A stretch of 64,000 nt of DNA, taken from the NCBI GenBank assembly GCA_010093815.1, contig ML996570.1. One strand, given 5' to 3'. The stretch's first letter is position 1, and the number at the start of each line of letters is the position of its first letter. This stretch comes from Pseudovirgaria hyperparasitica. Taxonomy: Eukaryota. A program made the translations under genes and the position numbers. The notes beneath the pieces are model-generated. The model had not been told where the DNA came from. It saw only the letters and a list, made by a program, of their open reading frames with translations, and made no database searches. Of the stretch, positions 26,921 to 39,078 are shown piece by piece.

Positions 26921-28736
26921 TCACTCGTCCTCCACTCGGAGCACGTAGCTTCCAAACTCCCTCGCCGACACACCCTTCTCGAACAACAGATCAAGCTCCT
27001 CGAACGTCCTCCCACGCGTTTCCGGAATTCGAAAGTACGCCCACGCAAGACAGATTGCTGCCAGCCCGCCAAAGAAGAACCCCAGCTTCCCGCGCAGATT
27101 CGCCTCGTCCGGCGCGATCATAAACGGTATTGCAACCGTCATGGCTATTCCAAGAACGGCCTGAACAGCCGTCGCCACAGCAATAGTCTTCGCTCGCACC
27201 TTCGTCGCGGAGCATTCGCAGATAATCACGAAACAGATCGGCCCGACGCTGATGCCGTAGAAGAAATTCCACACGAGCATTAGCGCAGATTGTGCCCAGA
27301 TGATACCCGTGTTCGTTTCGCGGCTCGGCACGCAATCGAGGACGCCGATGATAAGCTGAATGATGGCGAGCATGGCCAGTCCGGAATTGTAGATAGTACG
27401 CCGGCCAACGCGTACCATCAGCGCGAACGAGATGAGCGTACCGATAAAGCCAACACCCAGGAAGCCGATAGACATATCGAAGGCCTTGTCTGTTGACAGG
27501 CCAGCCTGTACGAAGAAGTACGTGCCATAGTTGATGAGGTAGATGCCACTTAGCACCTGTGTCGCATATACGCCGATAGATATCTCAGTACGGCGCAAGT
27601 TGATGCGCCGGAAACAGTCCCAGTATGTGCTTCCCGCCTCCATCTCCTGCTCCAGTCGATCCGTTTCAATGATCATAGCGAGTGTGTTTTTAACGTTCAC
27701 GCGCGGCGAGGCGAGACGGCGAAGGGATTTCTCAGCTTCTTCGAATCGTTCCTGGCGCGCAAGCCACCAGGGCGATTCCGGCGCAAAGGGTATTCCAGGC
27801 AGGATGATTGCAATCCAAACCCATTGCAGGGCAAAAGGGATGCTATATGCCCAATGGCTGTCCAGCTTGCTAGTTCCTGCGGCGACTCCGTTCGCGATGA
27901 GTTGTCCGATAACGAAGCATAGGTTGATATAGCTCGTCAGTTGGCCTCGAATGGCTACGGGACAGACTTCCGAGGCATAGGCTGGAGCAATGACGACGTA
28001 TGCTCCCAGAATGAGACCTCCTAGAAGCTCCCCCACGAGAAGGACAGGCAATGAGCGAGCGAAGAATTGGATGAAGACGCAGCCACATGTACCCATGACA
28101 CATACCGCAAAGGTTTTGCGGCGACCATACCATTCCATAGGGTACGCCGAAAAGAGAGCGCCGACGCATTGGCCGATAGGATTGCCCATAGAAAGACCCG
28201 ATTGCCAAGGTGCAGAAATGATATACTTATAACCACATCAGCGAGTGTGCATCTCACAATGAAAGTAGTCCTTCCTACAATGCATATGCGGACAGAGTAC
28301 TTACCTCGCCCTTGAATTCATATCCAAAGTCCCGCTGAAACGCTGGGACAGCGTACAGGTTTCCAAGCAGCTGCGGATCAAACGCAAGCATAATAACCCC
28401 TAGCGAGAAAAAGACCGACCAGCCGATTGCTTTTGGATACAGCTTCACAGCCTCGACAAAGCCCATTTGGTGCTCAGCATCGAGCGCATCCCGGACGTTA
28501 TCATCCTTCATGAGACCTTGCGGAGTGTATGCCTCCTCCACAACAGCTCCATGATGCTGTTCAACGTCCTTCGCGCCCATGATACCGTTCAAGGAGTCCA
28601 CGCTCTCCGTCTCGTTTTCGTCGTCACCTTCCTGGTCTGCGTTAGATTGTAGAAGCGGTTGCGTTTGTTCTTGCTCTGGGGCACAGCGGTCAGATATAGT
28701 TTGTCGAGAGAATGGAACCCCCCTCATGGCCGGCAT
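26921..28736 (-). CDS. MFS sugar porter, maltose/alpha-glucoside permease-like, 2 exons, up to 578 aa
   Basis: Motifs 'YASEVCP', 'PESPWWL', 'RRTEI' and 'PETRGRTFEELDLLFE' with about 12 hydrophobic segments. Intron 28226-28304. An alternative start at 28580 is possible. Confidence 0.9.
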
Positions 28737-31700
28737 GTAAGGGTAGTATCATAACGTCTCTTCTATGGGTCCCTTGTTGATCTGGTTATCTCTCGGGATG
28801 CCTATCGCATCGTCGGTTGACGTCGCGGAAGAGCCGCCCAACTGGCCGAGACCAAGCCAGCAACGGCAAGTGGATCGCTAGATAGGGCTAGCCCGATAGG
28901 GGTGTAATGGACTAAGTCCGTCCAGTCATGTGTTTTGCCTTTGTTTATCACGGCCTCACAACTAAAATATACACACCAACATCCTGTTTTTACCTGCAAT
29001 CAAAGTCCTACACTCATAACAGGGACGTGAAGTGATTCGCCCAAATATGAATATTTTCTATTCAGGCGCTCATAGCATGTTGCGTCAGCCAATGCTGACG
29101 GCATGCCAGGCTCACCAGATCAAGAAGCAAGCATATACCTACTCTGTTATTCCTGTTGGCATAGACTGCAATTCACTGCGAGCTTGTTTCACGCGTGCAA
29201 AAGTCATTGGAAGATGAATATGTAGGGACACCTCAATTTGATATCATCGCGCTAAAGAAAGTAGTCGCGTTGGAGGCGTGATGAGCATTAGTGGAACATA
29301 GGTTGTTACCTTCAAACTGGAGTTGAGCTACCCTCGGTTTCACTGACTATGTGGAATTTTCTTCTTCTCCTCGCGGAGGTTTGGTGATACTTCCTGGATA
29401 GATGCATTGCTATATTGTGCAGCCAGTGTAGAGGTTGGGGGCTCTATGTTCTTCGTGCCGGCTGATGCCACTATAATTGATTGATGGGAGATAGCCGTAC
29501 TGTATCTAACAAGTGCGAGTTATGCTGTGGTGCACAGTTAACAGTATCGGTGGCTGGCATTCGAGAGCTGATAGCGCTAAGCGCACGAAGGATCGAGTAG
29601 TTCAGTTGTCGGATTGCAATGATTGCAGGAGAGAGTCCAGATAAACATGCGTCACAAAGAATGTCGTACTGACGAACTCCTCTCCACCACAGACTCTTTG
29701 TCGTATCTTCATCGGAAGTTATAGGAATTCTCCATAGAACGTGACTATAACTACTTAGCTAGACCAGAGCCACAACTTCTATCGAAATGTAAGCTGGGCC
29801 CAAATCATCGGCGTTACATGCTCCAGTAAGCAGGCGCAATGCCAGGTTGAAAGCGTCGACGGAACGATCTTCTCGGCCAACGAGACACATGTGCACCATC
29901 AACCCAAGATCGCGCAGAGACACGGCCGGAAAGACTCTGTCTGCGGTCACCTCGAATTTATAACGCAGTGCAGAAATGCAACGGAATGGGAATCAAGGCA
30001 ACCTCGCACTTCAACCACCTCGGTGTGCCTCCGTCACCTAGGAAGGAACCACAGTCGGATCTACGACATTCAAGGCGTAAGCCTCCCTCTGCATCGGAGG
30101 GGTAGCGGCTTGCTATCGGTGCCACGGGCTGTGATTGGACCTTGTTAAGGTCATGGTGATACGAAGATGTTGCTCAGCACGAGATCTCTCCTGTGATCTG
30201 GCAAATGCTACCAGAAAGGTCGTCGCGACTTACAGATGCAGGATACAAAGCATCATGTGCTGTCTACGGACGTGGAAGACACCTGTGGTATGTTCTCGAC
30301 CTGACCCGAAGACGTTACGGGAAACACGAATGGGGGACGTGGGCCTATCGTGGTACAGCACACGCAATCGCTCCTCTCTAACGTCGGAGACGGAACTTGG
30401 GCATGGAGGCCGTGCTGGGTATGTCTACGATCTAGATGTAAGTAATTTGTAGTGCAGAGTCGATGCAGGTGGGACAAAGTCTCGCATATTATGCACAGGA
30501 CCAGAAATGAACGCGTTGTCTGTGTCTTTGCCAGGTCAACGCGTCGTCCAGTAGCCTTAGCTCATGCAGTTGTTGAGGACATGAATTGAGCAATTGTGGA
30601 AACCGAAGAGGTCACATTGAATCGTGAAACCACGTTCAATGTTATATGCGATTGACCGTAGGCCATAATTCTGGTGGACCTGGTTTTCGAAAATCTCAGG
30701 TGATAGCTGCGAATGTGGAGTTTCGTGTCCCTGGATAGAAATATGAGCTCAATAACAGATCCAAGACACGATCTACAACTGGCCTAATCTGCCGAATGCA
30801 GGCTCGAGTACGACTAGACATGAAAAGTATAACAGAGGCATAGAAAAATTGCGGTCTGTATCTCTATTTTCTCCCGCGTGCTACAGGCGTCGCGAACAAG
30901 GTCATGCAGTTGTGAGTCGAAAGGGCGGTGGACCGAAAGAGGTGAGATGAAGTGACGCCAATGGAACGATACTACCAGAGCGAGACGAGGACTAATTTGT
31001 GAATAGGGAGGTGTCATACATAGAACTGTTCATTAAGTTCCTCAGTATTACAATACCATGGAGAGTAGATCTGGCGGGCATATGCAAGCGATGCCGCCTA
31101 TTTCTGGAGACCTGTTGTGATAGATTATCATAGGGATAATAAATATCAGAACGAGAACTTTTTTCAGAGGAAACCGAACTGTCGTTATTGAATTGCCGAA
31201 TGGCTATGCAATCAGGTATTGCTCGGAGAAAGGGCACCTCGCTCACCAATGTGAGATCGACCAGGAAGACAATGGAGGCATTCGGTCAACTACGAAATCA
31301 GCGCAAGTATCATAGTGTTCAGGGCTCTTCCGTGCTTTCTACCAGCGTCTCCCTAATCTGCCAGTGCTGGACTTTAGGCTTTTGTGGCGCCCTTAGTCGG
31401 CTACAGGTACCGTTCGGCATCGAGGGAAATACGTGTTGAAGGTCCGCAGTGTTATTGATTTTGCAATCAATGCTGCTACTAAACGTCACGATTTAGATGG
31501 AGTGTTGCTTAAATACACACTCGGTTCCAAGAACAGGACAGCTTTTACAGAATGGTCATCGGGGAGACCAGATACATCCGGTTATTCTTCTGTTCGGTAA
31601 GATATAGAGTATTCGTCCGGAAGCTGAACGGTTGCGATAATTAGTGGTCAACTCGGCAGGACACAACTTGTAACTTGCGAGTCTCATGTGTTACACGTAA

Positions 31701-32537
31701 CTCCAGATCGTCTGCGACGGCAGATTGCTCTGCAGAATGTCTGCCAAGACGCAGGTTTTCTTGCATCAGAGTGGGACGTAGTTCCTGCAACGGACTCGAG
31801 CAAGGAACCACTCGGTCAGCTTTGGACTTGGACCTCTGTAGTAAGAAGGCGATTACGTGTCGTTGCCCCGTTACCAGCAGAAATGAGCTGGTGATGTATC
31901 CATAATATTAGGAGGATGGAGATGTCTCGGTGCGGGGTATTGTCGAGTCTGCGGCAGCATCCATGCAGGCGAGCGAAACATGTGCGAGCGGCCAAGGGAG
32001 GAACAATATGAGGGTTGTATTGTGGCGGTATATGGGCCTGATGAAGTGGAATCGGGATTGTTGGCCGTACGAAAGTGGAGTTGGGTCTCATGCTCCGGCT
32101 AGGAGAGCGAAGTAATGCATGCATGGCGTTGATGAAGCTGTGATTTCCGGGGCTGGATTAACTGACCCTCACTCAACCTCAGCTGCACGGTCGTTGTAGC
32201 TTCTCAGCACGAGATAGCAGGCTGTGTGGTGCTGATGATTCGATAGTCATCATGACTCCGGATCCAGGCATCTGAAGATCAAGTCACACGTCACGATGGG
32301 CGTGAGTGGTGAGAGAAGAAGCGGGAATGGGACATGCCAGGTTGTAATGTAGTGTGTGTGTCTGTGTGGTCCTAAGGTTGGTTGGTGTTGGGTTTGTGTC
32401 TAATTTGGGGCTTGATTGGGGCTTGGCTAATTATTTGCCCGCCAGTACCAGTAATGCCAGGGCCCCAGGGATGGCCTCCCTGCTCCGAAAGAATACTTGT
32501 CTCACCGGACCGGGGAGTAGGGGAGTAGGGGCGGAGG

Positions 32538-32563
32538 ATGAGGAGGAGGAGGAGGAGGAGGAG
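32538..32563. repeat. (GAG)n trinucleotide run in intergenic DNA
   Basis: Directly visible in the sequence. Confidence 0.8.
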
Positions 32564-35500
32564 CAGGTGGAGGTTGCTAGTTTCTCACAATCAATCATTA
32601 GTCGCGGCTGAAAGCGGTCTGGCATTGAGGTCTCGGAAAGATCAACATATGTCGTTAAGACACCGGACTGACTTGTCGTCGGCGCGTGGAGCTTTGACGA
32701 ACAAACATTATGCTCGTGATGGTTGGAGGAGCATTTTCACCTCTGTTCTCGATGCTCGTCTTAGGCAGGCTGGCAGGCAGGCCGGCGCGGACTGTCCCCA
32801 ATCTGGACCTAGCTGATGACTGCATTCAAATCCTCCGATGAAACCATATGCGAGTCGTTAGCTGGATGTTGATTGATGTCTTGGGTTAGACCATACAGAG
32901 ACCGAAGAATGATGGTTGTCGAGATTTTGAGGTGCCGAAAACTGTCCCTTGCAGACCTGCTTCCATGATGTTGTCGGTTACGTCGACGGAGCTGAGTTGG
33001 GCAAGACTTTCCACATACTGCAGTATTTGCCGGCCACACCGAGATTGAGATCGAATCCGTAGGGAACGGGGTTTTGGATTGATGGGCAAGGGAACGTGAA
33101 GGTCAGACGATTGACGCAACTGATGCACAGAGGTACCCGTGGACCTCAGGACGCGGTGTTTGACGAAGCGCCAAGAGGAAACCTTGGAAGCCCTAGGTAT
33201 CGAACTTTTACTATCCGGGCCCCGCCCTGCTGCACCTGTAGAGCCGTCAAATAATAATGTCACCGAAGATGACACCCTATTCAATCCTTGTAAGAATGAT
33301 GTGATACTTTTCACTGCTCAGTGGGAACCGGGGCATAAATTTAGCGTAGCAGCGGCAACGATCACGACGACCACAGGTGACAGCTTCTTTTCAGCTCTGC
33401 GTGAAACCTCGGGATGGCGGCGCGACAAACGTGAAATATGGTAATAATTGTAGCCATTGCACTATCGGACAGGATATCGATGTGAGTGGGCCGCCGGGAT
33501 CTGGAGATGCGAAAAAACGGATGACCACGCCACGGCAAGCGGGATCACGACTAATACTGAGTAGTGGGCAATTACTGGATTATTGACGTACTACAGCGAG
33601 TATTCTATAACACACTCGCAGCATTACTATTCCAGACTCAGATCTTTATCAGACGGTGAGCCACGGCAGACCGTCAATCAACCTTGGGCTGATTGCCAAG
33701 CTTGACGGCCTGGGAGGAAAACGAGAGTCGAGGTCTCCGTAGTCTCGCTCCAGTGTCCTTCCTCTCTGTCGCTGGATCTTTGGATCCTGCATGTCGCTAT
33801 CGCGAAACCTGACCCTCGAGGGATGGAAGATTTAGGCTAGAATTGAATGGCAAAGTCTACCACGGGCGTACGCAGCCAGAACCATGTCTAGGGGCCCGTA
33901 TGACGGACTCGGGCGGGTCTCTGTATTTGGTTAAGACAGGTAACAAGTCATTAACTTTCTGGCCTTTCGCCCTCCTTCCGCTTTGCAGGCGAGGCTCTGG
34001 AACATGAGCGATAAAGCGACGCGGGGAGCTGGGATCGACGGCAACGACGCGTGATGGCTGCACTGGCAAATACAAGCGAAAGTGCAGTACGGCAACGGAC
34101 GGAATCGTGTGAGGAAAAGCATTTTACTGTCAGCATTGCATCTTAGCCACTGCTAGTCCAGTTGCCTGATTCGCGGATGAAGGGAGTGAACTAGTAAGTA
34201 TGTTTATTACCAGCCTCGACGCCCAGCGGACTGGAATGTGAGAATATGAGATGGAGCAGATAATGCATTTGCATATCGATATTGCAACCGGATAGGGCTC
34301 CGTCCGCATTGGCTACACACGGAAGTGGCCAACTACGAATGATCAAATGCCTGTCTTTCATGCCGCGACGAAGGCAACACTCCCAGACGCTTATTCACAC
34401 AGATGACGCCGATATGTCTTTAGTGATCAGGGATACGAGGAGTGAGACTAGAGTGAAGCCCGACGTTAGCGGACGTGCTGTATGTATGAAGTTTGTCACT
34501 TGTGAAAGGGCCAGAAAGAACGATGTGACGATGGCAGGCCCAGGACCGAAAGACCCCACCATCATCCTTCACACACGAACAAGCTGATTTGCCTCGCCAC
34601 ATCCGCACAGAGACAAAGCACGCGCGCACTTTTTGCAATCCTAACGGACCGGATGGACCTGACCTGATATTCTAGCTTGGCTTCGTGGCGGTCGTCGTCG
34701 TGGTTGTGACTATCAATCGAAGACCTATCCGTCACGGTCGGGCGTGGCGGTAATACTAGGTAGACAGCCCTGCCCTGCCCTGGCGGCTGGATGCTAGATA
34801 CAGTGGCAGCAACGAAGTCGCTGTGCTCTGTGCACAGGGCGAGAAGGGCTGTTTGACATTAACAGCAAGCCATTACTAAAGAGGATCCTAGATGCACACT
34901 GCCATGTACGAGCGGCAGCAGTGAGGCGAGGGTGACAGCGACAGCGAGAGCGTGTGAGTAGTTGAGAGCATGAGCATGAGGCATGATGAAGGGGGAAGAC
35001 TGGAGACTGGCCAGGTGTCGCTAGGGGCACCGCGACTCGAGGGCAAACCTGTAACCTGTAACCTGTAACGACCGGGTGGGCTGGAACCTGCTAAGAGAGA
35101 GATGGAGAGAGTGAGTGAACAAGGGCTAGAGGCGCAATCATAGGGAGCAGCACGCAGTAAATAGCCTGTGGCCCCGAGATCAAACCGCCAGCAAAGGTCC
35201 TGACTTCAGACTATAATAACAATTAAGTACATGACCATTCTATACTTCCCCAGCATGCACTAACGACCTAGGCCGGCCAGCCAATCACGGATTGGCCATT
35301 GCGCTGAGCAAGACGATCCTACCACTTCTTGCTTTCATCCCGTTAGTGATCAGCCCGTTGAAGGCATGCCCAAAAGCCAAAAACAAAAAGGCAAACGCGC
35401 TGTCGCCGTAGGGGATCGGAATCTGGCTGCGACAGCAACCTAGAGGCTGTACCTGGGTATGCTGTGTGCCAAGGACAAAAGGATGTGCCCGGTTGGACAG

Positions 35501-37548
35501 CAACACCTAGCCCTCCGTGGATGCTCTTTTCCTTTTGGCGGCATGGTTCCGGTGCGTTGATCACGATGTTTCTTTGGTTCACTCTATCACGTCAGTGTCA
35601 GCATCAAGATGCACTTCCCAGTTGCATCAATCGGCGGTAAGTCTGGCATGAGCAAAACATGATCCACGGCCTCTTTAGTCAGGCCAACACACACGACACA
35701 CCGAGTGTGTAAACGAACGGCGACTGTTCTAGTCGCAAAGTCTCGGATAAGGAACATGGAATGGGAAAAGGTGATACTGGTGCTGCTTTCCGAACCCGCG
35801 CTATGCAGCCTCATGCCTGTCCGTCCTCACAGGCCGCAGGTCTGAGAGAACCGAGCTTTGATAAATGACCAAATGACCGAATGACCCTGTAGACCAGGTG
35901 GTCATTGTAACAGTGTCAGTGACTGAGATGCTGTAAACGTTTCGAACAACGAAGAGAGGCAGACGAGTACAAGCCACGACGGCCAGACCAGCTTGCGCGG
36001 CGCGGCTGATGAAGATGTTGCACCCCAGCTGTGTATGGAGTCTAGGAAATATACGTGGGTAGAGACAATCACTAATATAATTATGGAAAGTGATGATACC
36101 TAGGCTGACGATAGTGTTAACCTACTCTACTAGTAACCAGCCGCGTATATTTTCCAGCAACCGGTGACCAGGGGGGTGGGAGGGTAGAGAAGAGGTCACC
36201 ACCTGAATCAATGCTTAATATTAATAAAAAAAATTGCTCGATGCTCAATCCTCAAGCATGCCCTTCTGAATCTGCGCCTTGGGTAGTTTCTGGACCAGGG
36301 GCTCAGGGGCGTGCGTACGTAGGTACCTAGTAACCTACTACCTATTACCTACCTAGCTGACTTATTACACCTGCAGTCGGTAGTAGGTTGCCTCCAGAAT
36401 GCTCCGTAAGCTGTGTTTGAGCATATCCCTTATCATCCATCCGATTGTCTTTGCATCCTACGATTCATACCGAGTAATACCCGCGAACGGATCACAGCAA
36501 ACCGAGCGGGGATCCACGGTCAACCTTGCAAACGCTAACATACACATAGTAAGTTTGAACCCAAGCAGTGCACATTAGCACACGTACTATGTACTTTGTA
36601 CTTTTGTAATTCCACAACTTCCGTAACCAAACCGCAAAGTACTTGTGTCGGTCCCCACAGAGTGGATACTAAGACTAATTAGGTATTCTGCCTCTGTCCG
36701 CAAGGTCTAGGTTGAGTCTCACAGAGTCGACAGGATGACTCTGCTTCCTCCTCAAGCCAGCAAATTGCATATTATGGAAGCGTGTTGGACGGCACAACAT
36801 GCCTGCGCCATAAAAGCCCGAGTGCTCCTGGGCGGTGATAATATGGCTGGTATTGGCTTTCATTTCGAAGCATATCATCCCGTTTGTCCCATGCATGCAG
36901 TGACTACTGTGGCTGTCTGGCCACAGGCGGTGCTTTCTCCTGTGAATCGTGAACCGTAAACCGTGGACCGTAAATCTTGAATCGTGGAATCGTGAGTCGT
37001 CGAGCAACGGAGGTTAGTCAGTACTCCTTCCAACCACTGGCACGAATACGGCCCAATCCTGTCTATCTATGATTGCCAAGTGACCTACCTCTCTGTTGCT
37101 CAACCCTCCACGCACGCGATCCGCCGCCCTTGATGGAGGCGCAGGCGCGAATTTGGTGTAATGATTTCAGCGCTACGGTGCACAGCCAAAATCGACTGGA
37201 GACGTGACTGTGCCTCGATGAGAGTCGACGTGGGCCAGAGACAGACAGCACCAGCATCAGCCAGCCCTGCAAGTCTCCTAACGTCGCTCCCAGGCTCCCC
37301 GTGTGGTTGTTGGTGTTTGTATGGATGAGTGATGATGAGTGGCGTACGGTGTAATAGTTGGAGGGAGTATCTAGATAGCAGACACCTAGTAGCTATGTAG
37401 CAGGTACCTCCTCCTTCCATTTCTTAACTTTCCTTGCCTTTTCCTTTCCAAGATCCAGTCCGGGACCCCCCTCCCTCCTCTCGCTCCGTATAGTAGAATG
37501 AATCCATTCCGGTTCATCCATTCCAGTGCAGCAGCAGCAGCAGCACAG

Positions 37549-37854
37549 GTGAGCAAAGTCCTTCATATCCCCGGTCAGTCTAGCACTTTGTACCGGACCC
37601 GGCGCCCGCTCGCTTGCTTGACTTGACGCCAATGCCCCCAATGCCTCCAATGCCTACCCCCGGCGTGGTGGACGCCTAGGTGTGTGTGTTCTGGCTAGCT
37701 AGCTAGGTACGCCTATGTCTGCGCCCTCGCCCTCGCCCACCCGACCACACCCACGCCCAGCAACCAACCCCCCAACCCGCTCGTGCAATCACGACCTCGT
37801 TTGTTGGCGCCGCGTCTATCATCATTCATCAGTGCTTTTCTAACGCTCCATCAG
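37549..37854 (+). other. Putative 5'-UTR intron of the cyclin gene
   Basis: Donor CAG|GTGAGC at 37549 (alternative TAG|GTACGC at 37707), branch point TTCTAAC at about 37838-37844 and acceptor CAG at 37852-37854. A CT-rich TSS-like tract lies upstream at about 37410-37490. Confidence 0.45.
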
Positions 37855-38171
37855 CTTGTGCATAATATCCTGCAACCTGGACTGGGCCTCGCGCGCAGGC
37901 TGTGTGTGTGGTCCACCCCCCTCGCTCCACTCCACCCGTCGGCCTCCACCACAACAACCACCTCCTCCACCACCAACGTCGTCGTCGTCGTTGTCGTTGT
38001 CGTCGCCCTTTACTATTCCCCTCCCCCCCCCTAAAAAATCTTAGACTATTCGGAGCAGGGCACTGTCGGCGGTGCGCGGACCACTATACTCTCCACGCAC
38101 GCACATGTCAGAACGGGCCTGAGCTCATGTGTCTTTGTTCCATGTCTTTTTTCGCATTTGCTCCCAAGAGT

Positions 38172-38172
<1 letters not shown>

Positions 38173-38213
<41 letters not shown>

Positions 38214-38330
38214 CACATACACACCACACACACCCACACCCACACCCACATTCACCCACTCATACACTGACGCACACATGTTGATTTGACACACACACAC
38301 ACTCACACACACACATATCCTCCTGCACAC
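38173..38330. repeat. (CA)n microsatellite with degenerate CACACC extensions
   Basis: Directly visible in the sequence. Confidence 0.95.
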
Positions 38331-38361
38331 TCTCTCCTGTTACTCGCCCTCACTTCACAAT

Positions 38362-38659
38362 ATGTCACGCTATATCCTGGCTAACGCCCTTCCAATTATG
38401 CCTGGAACCTGCCGCGCCTGCGATGACCATTAAACCATGGCCATGGTCCACTCCACTTCATTAATAGTGATGGACGATGCACCTACCGACTCCAAGGATA
38501 CCGTTTTTATCAAAACAGTTACCTCCGCTGCCGCCATGGTCCATTGTCCACGCATACCGAAACGCCTCCTTCCGTCACGCTTCCTGCCTTGATCCATTCC
38601 CGGCCTTTTTTTTAGTTTACTTTCCTTTCATTGTCTTCTCAAACCTATCAACTGCCTAA
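38362..38659 (+). promoter_or_regulatory. Cluster of nested upstream ORFs in the predicted cyclin 5' leader
   Basis: ATG-initiated uORFs 38362-38433, 38423-38464, 38437-38592 (internal GCCGCCATGG at 38536) and 38477-38659. Confidence 0.55.
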
Positions 38660-39078
38660 GCTCCACCTTTCTGTCTTTAACCTCCGTGGTTCGTGTCAGC
38701 GTGTCACCATCCTGTGCCTTCCTACTTCCCATCTACATATCTGCCGGCACCCTCGTCCGTCGACGCCTCCAGACTCCTTGCTTGCCCCAGTCAAGCTTGT
38801 TCCCGTTTGCGGCCAGCTCGGGAATCTCTCCACTGTCCGCCGAAGCATCCATATCTCAACCTACTCGACCGTGGTTGTCATTCCAACCGGTGCAAGAAAT
38901 GTCGTGAAAGGCAGCCGCTACTCTCTCCTCCACCTCCTGCTGCAGAACCAACCACAAACCAAGTCACCATTGCCAAGAGAGCTGTCCTTCCCTATATGAC
39001 TACCGCTCTGGCCTTTCTTCCCACTCACCTCCAACTTACCTCACTTCACAACTGTCCCCCAGCAGCAACTGCCTCTCA

